Positions 15,351-25,311 of a stretch of 34,504 nt of DNA are shown one piece after another (within the stretch, counting starts at the first letter, position 1; each line of letters opens with the position of its first letter). Source of the stretch: Candidatus Limnocylindria bacterium (lineage in GTDB: Bacteria > Chloroflexota > Limnocylindria > QHBO01); contig JBOGSY010000001.1 in the NCBI GenBank assembly GCA_050691915.1, positions 1 through 34,504 of the forward strand, written 5' to 3'. The notes beneath the pieces are model-generated. The model searched no databases. It was given only the letters and a program-made list of their open reading frames with translations, and had not been told where the DNA came from. Position numbers and translations under genes: made by a program.

Positions 15351-17993
15351 CTACTCAATCGGGGCGGGCCCGAACGCCTCGGCGAGCTCGTGGCGGCCGC
15401 TGAGGTCCAGCTTGTCGTAGGCCCGATGGAGGTGGTTGTCGACGGTCCTGACCGAGATCCCCAGCCGCCGAGCGATCTCGCGGTTCGTGAGGCGCCGCGC
15501 GGCGAGAGACACGACCTCCTTCTCCCGGCGGGTGAGCGGTTCGGCGACGTCCAGCTCGGCCAGACGCGGCGTGCGGGCGCCCTCACACTGGGCGGCGAGG
15601 GTTTTGGCCCGGCTGAGCGACGCAGCGGCGCGGGCGGTGAGGCCTTCGCGCCGGTAGGCCGCTGCCGCCTCGGCGGACGACTCGGCGGCAAAGAGGATGC
15701 TACCGAGCCGCTCGAAGTCTCGCGAGGCGCGGTCGAGCGCCGATGCGCTTCCCTCGGCGAGGGCCGTGGCGTGGGCGGCCAGCGACGGGACGAGCTCTCC
15801 CTGGCAGTGCGTCGCCAACTCCTCAAGCGGAGCGACCGCCTGGTCGGTCACCCCCAGCCGCGCGAGGTCGTGCAACGCCATGGCGCGGAAGACGTGGAGG
15901 TTCATCGACGCCAGGAACTGCCCCTCCTCGACCGCGACCGCGATCGCGCGCGAGAGCTCGCCGCGGCCGATGGCGATCCAGACGCGCGCCAGGCTGTTGT
16001 AGCCCGCCAGCCCCCGCAGCGATCGGCGGGCCAGCACATCCGCCTCGGCCAACGTCTCCTCCGCCTCATCGGCCTCGCCTGCCAACGCCAGGCTCTGGGC
16101 CAGCGCTGCCAGCGCGATGGACAGGTTGCCAAAGGTATCCAGCTGCCGGAGCTGCGCCGTGCCTTCGCGCAGCCATCGAATGGCCGTCTTGGGCCGGCCC
16201 TGCAGCACGTGCGCCCAACCCGCCGCGCTCGCCCAGGTGCCGGTCCACCACTCGATGCTGCCCTCGACCGCCGCCCGGTAGCCACCCTCGCTCAGGGTCG
16301 CGGCCTCCGCCAATCGCCCGCCGAACGCCGCGGCCAGGTAGCGATGGAAGTCGAAGCCCATGCTCGCCGGCCCGTAGGGCGTCGCGTCGACGGCCTGTAC
16401 CAGTCGCGGGCCGTGACGCTCGAGCAACCGGAGAGCATCCTGTGGACGGCCCGTGTACAGCAGGCTGTGGCCGGTTGCGCCGTAGGCATACACTAGGACG
16501 CGATCAGGGATGTTGCGGCGGGCGAGCAGGCGCTGCCCGATGGCGACGGCCTCATCGGTCTGTCCGGAGAGCGCCAGCAGGTACCCCTTCGCCGCCCGGA
16601 TGAGGTCCCGCGCGGCCGACCCGCGAACCGTGCGCAACGCGGAGTCGAGGACCTGCAGGGCCCGCTCGGATTGAGCGAGCTGCCACATGAGGTTGTCGGC
16701 TCGGGTGACGGCGACCTCGGCGCGCGTGGCGTCGGTCTGCGCGTACCGTTCAAGCCCGGCGAGCAACGCCTCCGCCTCCTCGTACCGCCCCTGCCAGTCC
16801 ATGGCTCGCGCCAGGACCAACCCGGTTGTGATCGCGGGCTCGGCATCGAAGGCTGCGCCCGCCAGCCGCGCCGCCAGCCCCGGGTCGAACAGTCGCAACG
16901 CTCGCTCGGCCGCGTTGGCCAGGACGGCCGGACGGTCGGCGATCCCGGCCTCCAGGTGCCAGGTCGCGAGCCGGAGGGCATCCTCGCGCCGGGCGCCCGC
17001 TGTCTTCTCCAGCGCTGCCGCCAACGTCCGATACACCTGGCGGGTGCGGGCTGGTGGAGTGGTGGCGCGAATCACCTCGGCATAGAGGGGGTGCGAGAGC
17101 CGCACGACAGAGCGCCGGCCATCGGTGGACTCTTGGAGGAGTCCACCGCGCTCCAGCGCCGCGATGTCGTCGGAGGAGAGCAGCGCACCCAGCAGCGCTC
17201 CCTCGAGGGGCTCGCCGATGGCCACCAGCTCGAGCGCCTGCCGCTGGGCGGCACCCAGCGCACCGACGCGAGCCTGGACGACCTCCATCAGCCTGGGGCC
17301 GATGGAGGGGCCGGTCCACAGCCAGACGCCTGACTGCCGCACGAAGCTGCCGGAGTCGATGCCGGCCTGGAGCACCTCGCGCAGGAAGAGCGGGTTGCCT
17401 CTGGTCAGCTCCCAGAGCTGTTGACGCGTGCCGCCGTCGACCTGCCCACCCAGGACCTTCTCCAGGAGTGCGTCCACTTCCGGCTGGGACAGGGGCTGAA
17501 GCTCGAGGCGCTCGGTTAGCCGATCCTTCCAGAGGGCGGTGATCGCGTCGGGCAGCGGCTCGTCGGTACGCGCGGTGACGAGGAGCGACGCGCCTCCGGT
17601 CAGCGCCAGGTGGTGGAGGAGGGCGGCGGAGCTCGTGTCGAGCAGGTGGGCGTCGTCCACGCCAAGCACGAGCCTGCGCGAGTCCGAGCGCACCACGAGG
17701 GCATCGGCCATGGCGCGGAGCAGGTTCATCGGGCGCAGGTGCGCCGGGGGGTCCGCCGGCAGCAGGTGGGCGAGGGCGCCGAACGGGATCGCCTGCGCCG
17801 AGCGTGTAGCGACCGCCCAATCGGTCACGACGTCGTCGCCGACGATGGCCGCTACCGCCTCGCGCGCCAGGCGTGTCTTCCCTACGCCAGCGGCTCCGGA
17901 GAGAAACACTCCGTGAACGTTGGAGTCCCGCACGATCTGTGTGATGAGCGCGATCTCCTCGGCGCGACCGACGAGTGGCCAGGGCTGGGCCAT
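15351..17993 (-). CDS. Large ATP-binding LuxR-family regulator (LAL/MalT-like: AAA/STAND ATPase + TPR-like repeats + C-terminal LuxR HTH)
   Basis: Probable start ATG 17993 (MAQPWPLVGRAEEIALI). Walker A GAAGVGKT. Walker B-like LVLGVDDAHLLD. A long helical-repeat middle section. C-terminus LTRREKEVVSLAARRLTNREIARRLGISVRTVDNHLHRAYDKLDLSGRHELAEAF. Confidence 0.85.
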   Translation of the reverse strand: MAQPWPLVGRAEEIALITQIVRDSNVHGVFLSGAAGVGKTRLAREAVAAIVGDDVVTDWAVATRSAQAIPFGALAHLLPADPPAHLRPMNLLRAMADALVVRSDSRRLVLGVDDAHLLDTSSAALLHHLALTGGASLLVTARTDEPLPDAITALWKDRLTERLELQPLSQPEVDALLEKVLGGQVDGGTRQQLWELTRGNPLFLREVLQAGIDSGSFVRQSGVWLWTGPSIGPRLMEVVQARVGALGAAQRQALELVAIGEPLEGALLGALLSSDDIAALERGGLLQESTDGRRSVVRLSHPLYAEVIRATTPPARTRQVYRTLAAALEKTAGARREDALRLATWHLEAGIADRPAVLANAAERALRLFDPGLAARLAGAAFDAEPAITTGLVLARAMDWQGRYEEAEALLAGLERYAQTDATRAEVAVTRADNLMWQLAQSERALQVLDSALRTVRGSAARDLIRAAKGYLLALSGQTDEAVAIGQRLLARRNIPDRVLVYAYGATGHSLLYTGRPQDALRLLERHGPRLVQAVDATPYGPASMGFDFHRYLAAAFGGRLAEAATLSEGGYRAAVEGSIEWWTGTWASAAGWAHVLQGRPKTAIRWLREGTAQLRQLDTFGNLSIALAALAQSLALAGEADEAEETLAEADVLARRSLRGLAGYNSLARVWIAIGRGELSRAIAVAVEEGQFLASMNLHVFRAMALHDLARLGVTDQAVAPLEELATHCQGELVPSLAAHATALAEGSASALDRASRDFERLGSILFAAESSAEAAAAYRREGLTARAAASLSRAKTLAAQCEGARTPRLAELDVAEPLTRREKEVVSLAARRLTNREIARRLGISVRTVDNHLHRAYDKLDLSGRHELAEAFGPAPIE

Positions 17994-18138
17994 GGCCCAT
18001 GGTAGGTGCGCACTACGTCGCTCGGCAATGATCCTCGGCGGCAGGATCGGAGAATGAGCAGCGGGTTGCTCAGACGTGCGCGGGCGCACTCGACAACCGG
18101 CTGCCACCTACCCTTCGCGGCCAGCCACTCGTCCGCTG

Positions 18139-18399
18139 CTACCGGTAGACCTCGCGGCGGTGCCCGACCTCGACGACGAGGACGATGAGTACGGGGTCGT
18201 CAATGCGGCACAGGATGCGGTAGTCGCCAACGCGATAGCGCCACAGGCGCTCGCCGCGGAGCGGCCTCCCCAGCAGGCGCGGGTTAGCCTGCCCGTGCAC
18301 CCGGTCCGCCATGAAGCGGACGATCGCGCGGGCGATCTGCAGTTCCAGCTTGTCGAGCTGCGAGACGGCTCGCTCCGACCACTCGACGCGGTACGTCAT
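18139..18399 (-). CDS. Type II toxin, RelE/ParE family
   Basis: 86 aa, MTYRVEWSERAVSQLDKL...RLWRYRVGDYRILCRIDDPVLIVLVVEVGHRREVYR is the typical RelE/ParE signature. The start overlaps the antitoxin stop by 4 nt. Confidence 0.85.
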   Translation of the reverse strand: MTYRVEWSERAVSQLDKLELQIARAIVRFMADRVHGQANPRLLGRPLRGERLWRYRVGDYRILCRIDDPVLIVLVVEVGHRREVYR

Positions 18400-18614
18400 C
18401 CGCCGTACCGCTCAAGCACCTCCGCCATCGACAGGGTTTGGCCACCGGAGCTGAAGTGCTCGGCCAGGGCTTCCTCCGCCAGGTAGGTGTCCTCGAGATC
18501 CTCCAGGTGCTCGAGGATCGCCTCGCGAGCGTAGAACGATTTCGACCGCCCGGTCCGCCGGGCAAGCTCCTCGAGCCGCCGCTCGATCTCAGGTGGCAAT
18601 CTCAATGCCAGCAT
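18396..18614 (-). CDS. Type II antitoxin, ribbon-helix-helix (CopG/RelB-like)
   Basis: Preferred start ATG 18614 (MLALRLPPEIERRLEELARRTGRSKSFYAREAILEHLEDLEDTYLAEEAL). RHH N-terminus with an acidic C-terminal tail. It sits upstream of the toxin and overlaps it. Confidence 0.8.
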   Translation of the reverse strand: MLALRLPPEIERRLEELARRTGRSKSFYAREAILEHLEDLEDTYLAEEALAEHFSSGGQTLSMAEVLERYGG

Positions 18615-18674
18615 CCAACTACTCCAACCTACGAGGCGCTGCTCAACGTGCAGCACAAGTATAGCGCGTTGCGG

Positions 18675-19410
18675 TCAGGGCTCGTCGTCGAGCTCATCGA
18701 GCCCCTCCCAGTGCAGGGCGCCGTCCACCATCACGAACGGGTCGAGACCGAGTGGATGGGGATCCATAGACTCGAGCTGCAGGGTTATCTCCGCCACGGC
18801 GTGCGCCGGCGTGCCCGGCCCGAAGGCCAGCAGCGAGTTCCGCGCCGGCGCGGTGAAGATCGCGTTCCGGGTCCCGAAGATGCGGGTCACCTCCGACTCG
18901 GATGCCAGGATCACCGAGGAGGCCCAGCCAGCCGGATTGCCCAGGGCTCGGAACAGGTGGCCGTGGTGGACCACCGCCTGGAGACTGCCGCCGCCGATGC
19001 TGGCCACCACCTCGGCCAGGTGCGCGAAGGCGGCCCGCTCCATCTGCTCGACCGATGTCTCCCAGCGCTGTGCCATGGACTGCGTCACTCGGCCGAGGAT
19101 CGGTCCGAAGTCGATTCCAAACCCCGATACCCACCCCCAGCTGGCTGACCGTGTTCACCAGGGGGTCCCCGGTGAAGCCGTCGCCGTAACCACGCTCGAA
19201 GATCGGGACGAGGCGCTCAGCGGCCCAACCCCAGCTCAGCTCTTCAGGCACATCGCTCAGCGCCGCGTCGATCTCGTCGGCCGACGGCACGTCGACGCCG
19301 TCCTGCACGTCTTCGCGGGCCGGCACGAAGGTCATCGTCCGGTCGCCGGCCCGGACCACGCGTTGTGGGCCGTGCTGTTGCGTCGTGCGCCGGCGTCGGG
19401 TGAGGGCCAT
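18675..19410 (-). pseudogene. Hypothetical protein gene carrying an apparent 1-nt frameshift near 19122-19125
   Basis: The N-terminal part (frame of track ORF 18694-19410: ...MTFVPAREDVQDGVDVPSADEIDAALSDVPEELSWGWAAERLVPIFERGYGDGFTGDPLVNTVSQLGVGIG) has good GC3 only down to about 19120. From there good GC3 switches to the frame of ORF 18675-19088 (FGIDFGPILGRVTQSMAQRWETSVEQMERAAFAHL...). The total span is 736 nt, which is 3n+1. Removing one G from the minus-strand GGGG run restores a single 244-aa ORF. Confidence 0.6.
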
Positions 19411-19550
19411 GTCGCCAGTATCGCAACCGGCGCTTACCGCCCGCTTACCAGCGGATTAGCGGAACCCTTGGAGCCTTCGCCTTCCCACCACAGGGCTGAC
19501 AGGCCGCGGCCACGCGGCGGGTGCCGAGTGAGGCTCGCGGACCGCGTCCG

Positions 19551-21512
<1,962 letters not shown>

Positions 21513-21628
21513 GCCACCTGGTGACCCTCCCTGGCCAAATCTTACGGGCAGGGGAGCGGCTGCGAGCCAATCTCCGGCAGCCTGACTGCGAGGGACGCAA
21601 TGACCGATTCCTGGTCGAGCGGGTCACG

Positions 21629-21660
21629 CAGAACGCCCGGCCTCTCGGCCGGGCGTTCTG
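21629..21660 (-). terminator. GC-rich hairpin downstream of the cold-shock gene (probable terminator)
   Basis: CAGAACGCCCGGCC-TCTC-GGCCGGGCGTTCTG, a perfect 14-bp stem with a 4-nt loop, 27 nt after the csp stop codon. No U-tract is present, which is common in high-GC Gram-positive lineages. Confidence 0.65.
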
Positions 21661-21686
21661 ATGCTCGGAACGGGATTCGGGGCGGG

Positions 21687-21890
21687 TTAGGCCGCCTGCA
21701 CCCGCACGGCGCGGTCGCCCTTCGGGCCCTGCTCGGTCTCGAAGGTCACCGACTCGCCGCCGACCAGGCGGTCGAAGTCGAGGGAGGGCGCCAGGCCGTC
21801 CTTGTGGAAGAAGTACTCCTTGCCGTCCTCTCCGGCAATGAAGCCGAAGCCGCGGTCGGAGATGACTCGCTTCACAGTTCCATTGGGCAT
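21687..21890 (-). CDS. cspA: Cold-shock protein (CspA family, S1-like CSD)
   Basis: 67 aa, MPNGTVKRVISDRGFGFIAGEDGKEYFFHKDGL...GESVTFETEQGPKGDRAVRVQ. RNP1 motif GFGFI and an RNP2-like YFFH. It lies in frame inside the composite track ORF 21687-23450. About 180 nt of untranslated leader (21891-22072) lies upstream. Confidence 0.9.
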   Translation of the reverse strand: MPNGTVKRVISDRGFGFIAGEDGKEYFFHKDGLAPSLDFDRLVGGESVTFETEQGPKGDRAVRVQAA

Positions 21891-22072
21891 TGCTGCAATC
21901 CTGTCTCTCTTCTCGAAGTCACTATCGGCGCACGGCCGGCTCGAGAAGAAGCAGGACCCCGCGGAGACCTCCCGCGCGGTGCGGGAGGAAGGACAGCATA
22001 CCCCAGCCAACGGGGTTGTGGGCATTCGGGACCGGATCGCCGCCCGGCCGTCCCGCCGCCTGCGGCGCCATG

Positions 22073-23425
22073 CTAGCCAGCCGTGACCAGTCGCCCTGCC
22101 GGCGTGCCGGCACTCTCCTCGCCCTCGACCCCACCCGGGACGGGCGCTGCACCGGGCGCCGGGAACACGGGGCGCACGCCTGCGTCCACCTCGGCGGGAT
22201 CCACCAGGTAGGTCCGCATCGGCCCCTTGCCCTTGATCGTCATCTCGCGCTGGGTCGCCGGGAAGCTCCCGCCCAGCAGCGCGAAGGCCGAGGCGGCCAG
22301 CTGGATGCGGCCCGGCACGCCGGACGACTCCATCCGGCTGGCGACGTTGACCGTATCGCCCCACAAATCGTAGGCGTACCGGTGGCGACCGATGACGCCG
22401 GCCGTGACCGGGCCGGAGGCCAGGCCGATGCGCAGCTGCAGGTTCCGCTTGCGGAGGCCGCCCAGCAGGGCCACCTCGCGATGCATCTCGACCGCCATGC
22501 GCACCGCTGCCGCGGCGTGATCCTCCCGCCCCACCGGCGCGCCGGCTACGGCGATGTAGGAGTCGCCCATGGTCTTGATCTTCTCCAGGCCGTGGCGATG
22601 GGCCAGCCGGTCGAAGATCGAGAACAGCTGGTTGAGGGTCAGCAGCAGGTCGTCGGCCGAGACGGTCGTGGCAAACCCGGTGAAGTTGACGACGTCGGCG
22701 AACATGACCGTCACCGAGGCGTGCGTGTCGGCGATCAGGCGCTCGCCGCGCGCCAGGCGATCGAGGATGGCGGCCGGCAGCATGTCGGCCAGCAGCGACC
22801 GGGTCTGTAGCTGAGCGTTGAGCCGCTGGCCGTCCACGTAGCGGATTAGAAACAGGACGATCAGCGCCGGACCCAGCAGGTTGTAGGCGAACAGCCAGAC
22901 CGGCGCCACCTCCCAGGCGGCCGGCGCCAGGGTCGACAGCCAGCCGTCGAGCACCACCGCGGCCACGACCATGGCGGCGTAGGCCCCGAACCAGCGCAGG
23001 CTGCTCCCCGTGTCGAAGTAAAGCACCGCGGAGACCGGGGCCAGGACGCCCCAGACCAGGGCGCCGCCCCCGCTGTTCATGCCGCCCAGGGCGACGTGGC
23101 CCAGGGCGACATAGGCGAGGCCGGCAAAGAGGAGGGCGCGGACGACCGGGATGAAGGCCTTGAGCTCGGTAAAGGCTCCCAGCCCCACGATCAGCACCAC
23201 GAAGAAGGCGGCCGAGCCCCAGGCCAGCAGCGGCTGCTGGATGAGGCCACCGATGACCACCCATATCAGGGTGGCCGGCATCAGGCCGATCATGGTCACC
23301 GCCAGCGCGTGCTTGCGCACCAGCAGGTCGGCATCGTCGGCCGGCAGGTCGCCAATGCGGGCGAGCCGCTCGATGAAGTCGGTGAGGCGGTCCCAGGGCG
23401 TTGCGAGGTCCACGGTCGTCTCCAT
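22073..23425 (-). CDS. Membrane-anchored class III adenylate/guanylate cyclase (about 6 TM N-terminal domain + CHD catalytic domain)
   Basis: Hydrophobic N-terminal half. Catalytic-domain motifs VTVMFADVVNFTGF, KTMGDSYIAVAG, RIGLASGPVTAGVIG and YDLWGDTVNVASRMES. Confidence 0.9.
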   Translation of the reverse strand: METTVDLATPWDRLTDFIERLARIGDLPADDADLLVRKHALAVTMIGLMPATLIWVVIGGLIQQPLLAWGSAAFFVVLIVGLGAFTELKAFIPVVRALLFAGLAYVALGHVALGGMNSGGGALVWGVLAPVSAVLYFDTGSSLRWFGAYAAMVVAAVVLDGWLSTLAPAAWEVAPVWLFAYNLLGPALIVLFLIRYVDGQRLNAQLQTRSLLADMLPAAILDRLARGERLIADTHASVTVMFADVVNFTGFATTVSADDLLLTLNQLFSIFDRLAHRHGLEKIKTMGDSYIAVAGAPVGREDHAAAAVRMAVEMHREVALLGGLRKRNLQLRIGLASGPVTAGVIGRHRYAYDLWGDTVNVASRMESSGVPGRIQLAASAFALLGGSFPATQREMTIKGKGPMRTYLVDPAEVDAGVRPVFPAPGAAPVPGGVEGEESAGTPAGRLVTAG

Positions 23426-23598
23426 GGTTTCGGGGCACTCGGGGTCCCATTGCCCGCCGTCAGCCTAGGATCGGGCGGCCCGGCCGGCGACGGCCGTAGG
23501 TCCGCATCGGCCTACGTCATCCGACCTAGGGGCTGCTGGACCGATTCCTGCAATTCGCGCTGGCCTCAGCCACCCAACCATCGCAGGAGGAGACCACC

Positions 23599-24063
23599 AT
23601 GGACGCCCTGGCGCTGCTGAAAGAGGATCACGACCGGATCAGGAAGCTGCTGGCGGAGATCAAGGAGACCACCCAGCGCGCGGAGAAGACGCGCGGCGAG
23701 CTCTTCAGCAAGATCAAGGAGGGGCTGACGATCCACGAGATCATCGAGGAGGAGATCTTCTACCCGGCGCTGAAGGAGCACCCGCGGGCCAGGGAGATCG
23801 TGCTGGAGGGCTACGAGGAGCACGACGTGGTCAGCCGGCTGATGAGCGAGCTCGATGGCCTGGACCCTGATGACGAGACGTTCGGCCCCAAGGCCAAGGT
23901 CATGGCGGAGAACGTCGAGCACCATATCCAGGAGGAGGAATCGGAGATGTTCAAGCAGGCGCGGCAGGTCTTCGACGAGGCCGAGCTGCGCGAGCTGGGG
24001 GAGCGGATGGCGCGGCGGAAGCTGCAGGCGGCGGAAGAGCTCTTCGGCGTACGGACCGGATAG
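23599..24063 (+). CDS. Hemerythrin HHE cation-binding domain protein
   Basis: AGGAGGAG RBS. MDALALLKEDHDRIRKLL...HEIIEEEIFYP...YEEHDVV...VEHHIQEEESEMF, with the H/E ligand spacing typical of bacterial hemerythrin-like proteins. Confidence 0.85.
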   Translation: MDALALLKEDHDRIRKLLAEIKETTQRAEKTRGELFSKIKEGLTIHEIIEEEIFYPALKEHPRAREIVLEGYEEHDVVSRLMSELDGLDPDDETFGPKAKVMAENVEHHIQEEESEMFKQARQVFDEAELRELGERMARRKLQAAEELFGVRTG

Positions 24064-24127
24064 GGGACTCCGCGGCGCCGACGGCGCGGCTAACCTGAGC
24101 GCGCCAGCAGAAGGAGGCCCCCGCACC

Positions 24128-24514
24128 ATGATCGATCCCAATCCCACCGAGACCTGGGACCTGTGGTACCCCGGGGCGGCCGCAACGGGCCTGCCATTCG
24201 CCCGTGGCCGCCTGGACCCAACCGACGTGCTCTGGGTCCATGCTGCGCCCAAGAAGCTGGACGTGACCGTCCGCCGCCTGGACGGGAGCATGCGCGCCCG
24301 CAGCGAGGTGACCCGTGCTGGGTCCTACCTGCCCATGGCCCGGCTGGCGGTGACCGATGGCGCCGTCGTTCGCGAGGATCGCTGGCCGGCGGCCGGCGAC
24401 CTGGGGGCGCTGGTCATCCTGCCCGGCGGGGAGGTGGGCACCCTGGTCGAGTGGTGGAACGCCGAGGATGGCAGCGAGTGGCGCTGGCGGGTGGAGTTCT
24501 ACAACCACCGTTGA
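24128..24514 (+). CDS. Small conserved-looking protein of unknown function (128 aa)
   Basis: ATG 24128 is preceded by GAAGGAGG and lies in frame within track ORF 23855-24514. High GC3. Trp-rich ends (TETWDLWYPG ... VEWWNAEDGSEWRWRVEFYNHR). The stop overlaps the TTG start of the sirtuin gene. Confidence 0.65.
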   Translation: MIDPNPTETWDLWYPGAAATGLPFARGRLDPTDVLWVHAAPKKLDVTVRRLDGSMRARSEVTRAGSYLPMARLAVTDGAVVREDRWPAAGDLGALVILPGGEVGTLVEWWNAEDGSEWRWRVEFYNHR

Positions 24515-25311
24515 GCGACCTGGACGAGGTCGCCGCCTGGGTGGCCGGCGCGCGGAGCGTGGTGGCGCTCACCGGCGCCGGCATCTCCACCGAGTCGGGG
24601 ATCCCCGATTTCCGCGGGCCGGACGGCGTCTGGACAAGAGACCCCAAGGCCGAGGCGCTGTCCGACATCCGCCATTACGTCGCAGATCCGGCGCTGCGGC
24701 GCCGGGCGTGGCAGGGACGGCTCCAGCATCCGGGCCGGTCCGCCACGCCGAACCGCGGCCACCGGGCGCTGGCGGCGCTGGAGGGCCTGGGCCGCCTGGA
24801 CCTGCTGGTCACCCAGAACATCGATGGCCTGCACCTGGCGGCCGGCAGCTCGCCGCGGCGCACGATCGAGATCCACGGCACCATCCGGGAGTACGCCTGC
24901 CTGGGCTGCGGCGAGCGGGGGCCGATGGCCGATGCCCTCGCCCGCGTCCAGGCCGGGGAGGCGGACCCGGCCTGCCTCACCTGCGGCGGCATCCTGAAGT
25001 CAGCCACCATCTCCTTCGGCCAGGCGTTGGTCCCCGCCGACCTCGCCAGGGCGGAGGCTGCCGCGGAGAGGTGCGACCTGTTCCTGGCCATCGGGACCTC
25101 GCTGACGGTCTACCCGGTCGCCTGGCTGCCGGAGCGCGCCGTCGCGGCGGGCGCCCGGCTGGTCATCGTCAACGCGGAGCCGACGCCGCTGGACCGCCGG
25201 GCCAGCCGGGTGCTGCGGGGCACGACCGGCGACCTCCTGCCTGCGCTGGTCGACCTGGTTCGCGCCGGGCTCAGTCGTCCAGCCGGAACGGGGGATATGG
25301 CCCCGCCATGA
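24511..25311 (+). CDS. cobB: NAD-dependent protein deacylase, Sir2 family (CobB-like, short form with a Zn ribbon)
   Basis: Proposed TTG start at 24511 (TTGA overlap with the upstream stop; GGTGGAG 13 nt upstream). Motifs VALTGAGISTESGIPDFRG, TQNIDGLH, HG..REYACLGCG...CLTCGG (CxxC...CxxC), GTSLTVYP and IVNAEPTPLD. The start codon is uncertain. Confidence 0.85.
   Translation: MSDLDEVAAWVAGARSVVALTGAGISTESGIPDFRGPDGVWTRDPKAEALSDIRHYVADPALRRRAWQGRLQHPGRSATPNRGHRALAALEGLGRLDLLVTQNIDGLHLAAGSSPRRTIEIHGTIREYACLGCGERGPMADALARVQAGEADPACLTCGGILKSATISFGQALVPADLARAEAAAERCDLFLAIGTSLTVYPVAWLPERAVAAGARLVIVNAEPTPLDRRASRVLRGTTGDLLPALVDLVRAGLSRPAGTGDMAPP

Noticed and set aside
15351-17993. STAND-type ATPase with TPR repeats as an Avs/antiviral STAND candidate
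   Set aside because: The C-terminal output is a classical LuxR DNA-binding HTH, not a nuclease, protease or TIR effector. The architecture is that of LAL/MalT transcription activators.
15743-18000. Several 130-510-aa ORFs on both strands inside the LAL regulator gene (for example 14964-16496 +, 15743-16603 +, 16750-18000 -)
   Set aside because: All are Arg/Pro/Gly-rich alternative-frame reads of the 15351-17993 gene, which carries clear Walker A and LuxR HTH motifs.
21687-23450. 587-aa minus-strand ORF spanning the csp and cyclase region
   Set aside because: Only its last 67 codons (the cold-shock protein) look like protein. The rest is an Arg/Gly/Pro-rich off-frame read through the cyclase gene, whose real frame is ORF 22073-23425.
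24511-25311. Sir2-domain gene as a candidate anti-phage defence component (Thoeris/DSR/SIR2-HerA type)
   Set aside because: It is a short (~266 aa) CobB-type sirtuin with an intact Zn-ribbon and NAD-binding motifs. It has no fused sensor or effector domain, and no TIR, HerA or pAgo partner lies adjacent. A housekeeping deacylase is the best reading.
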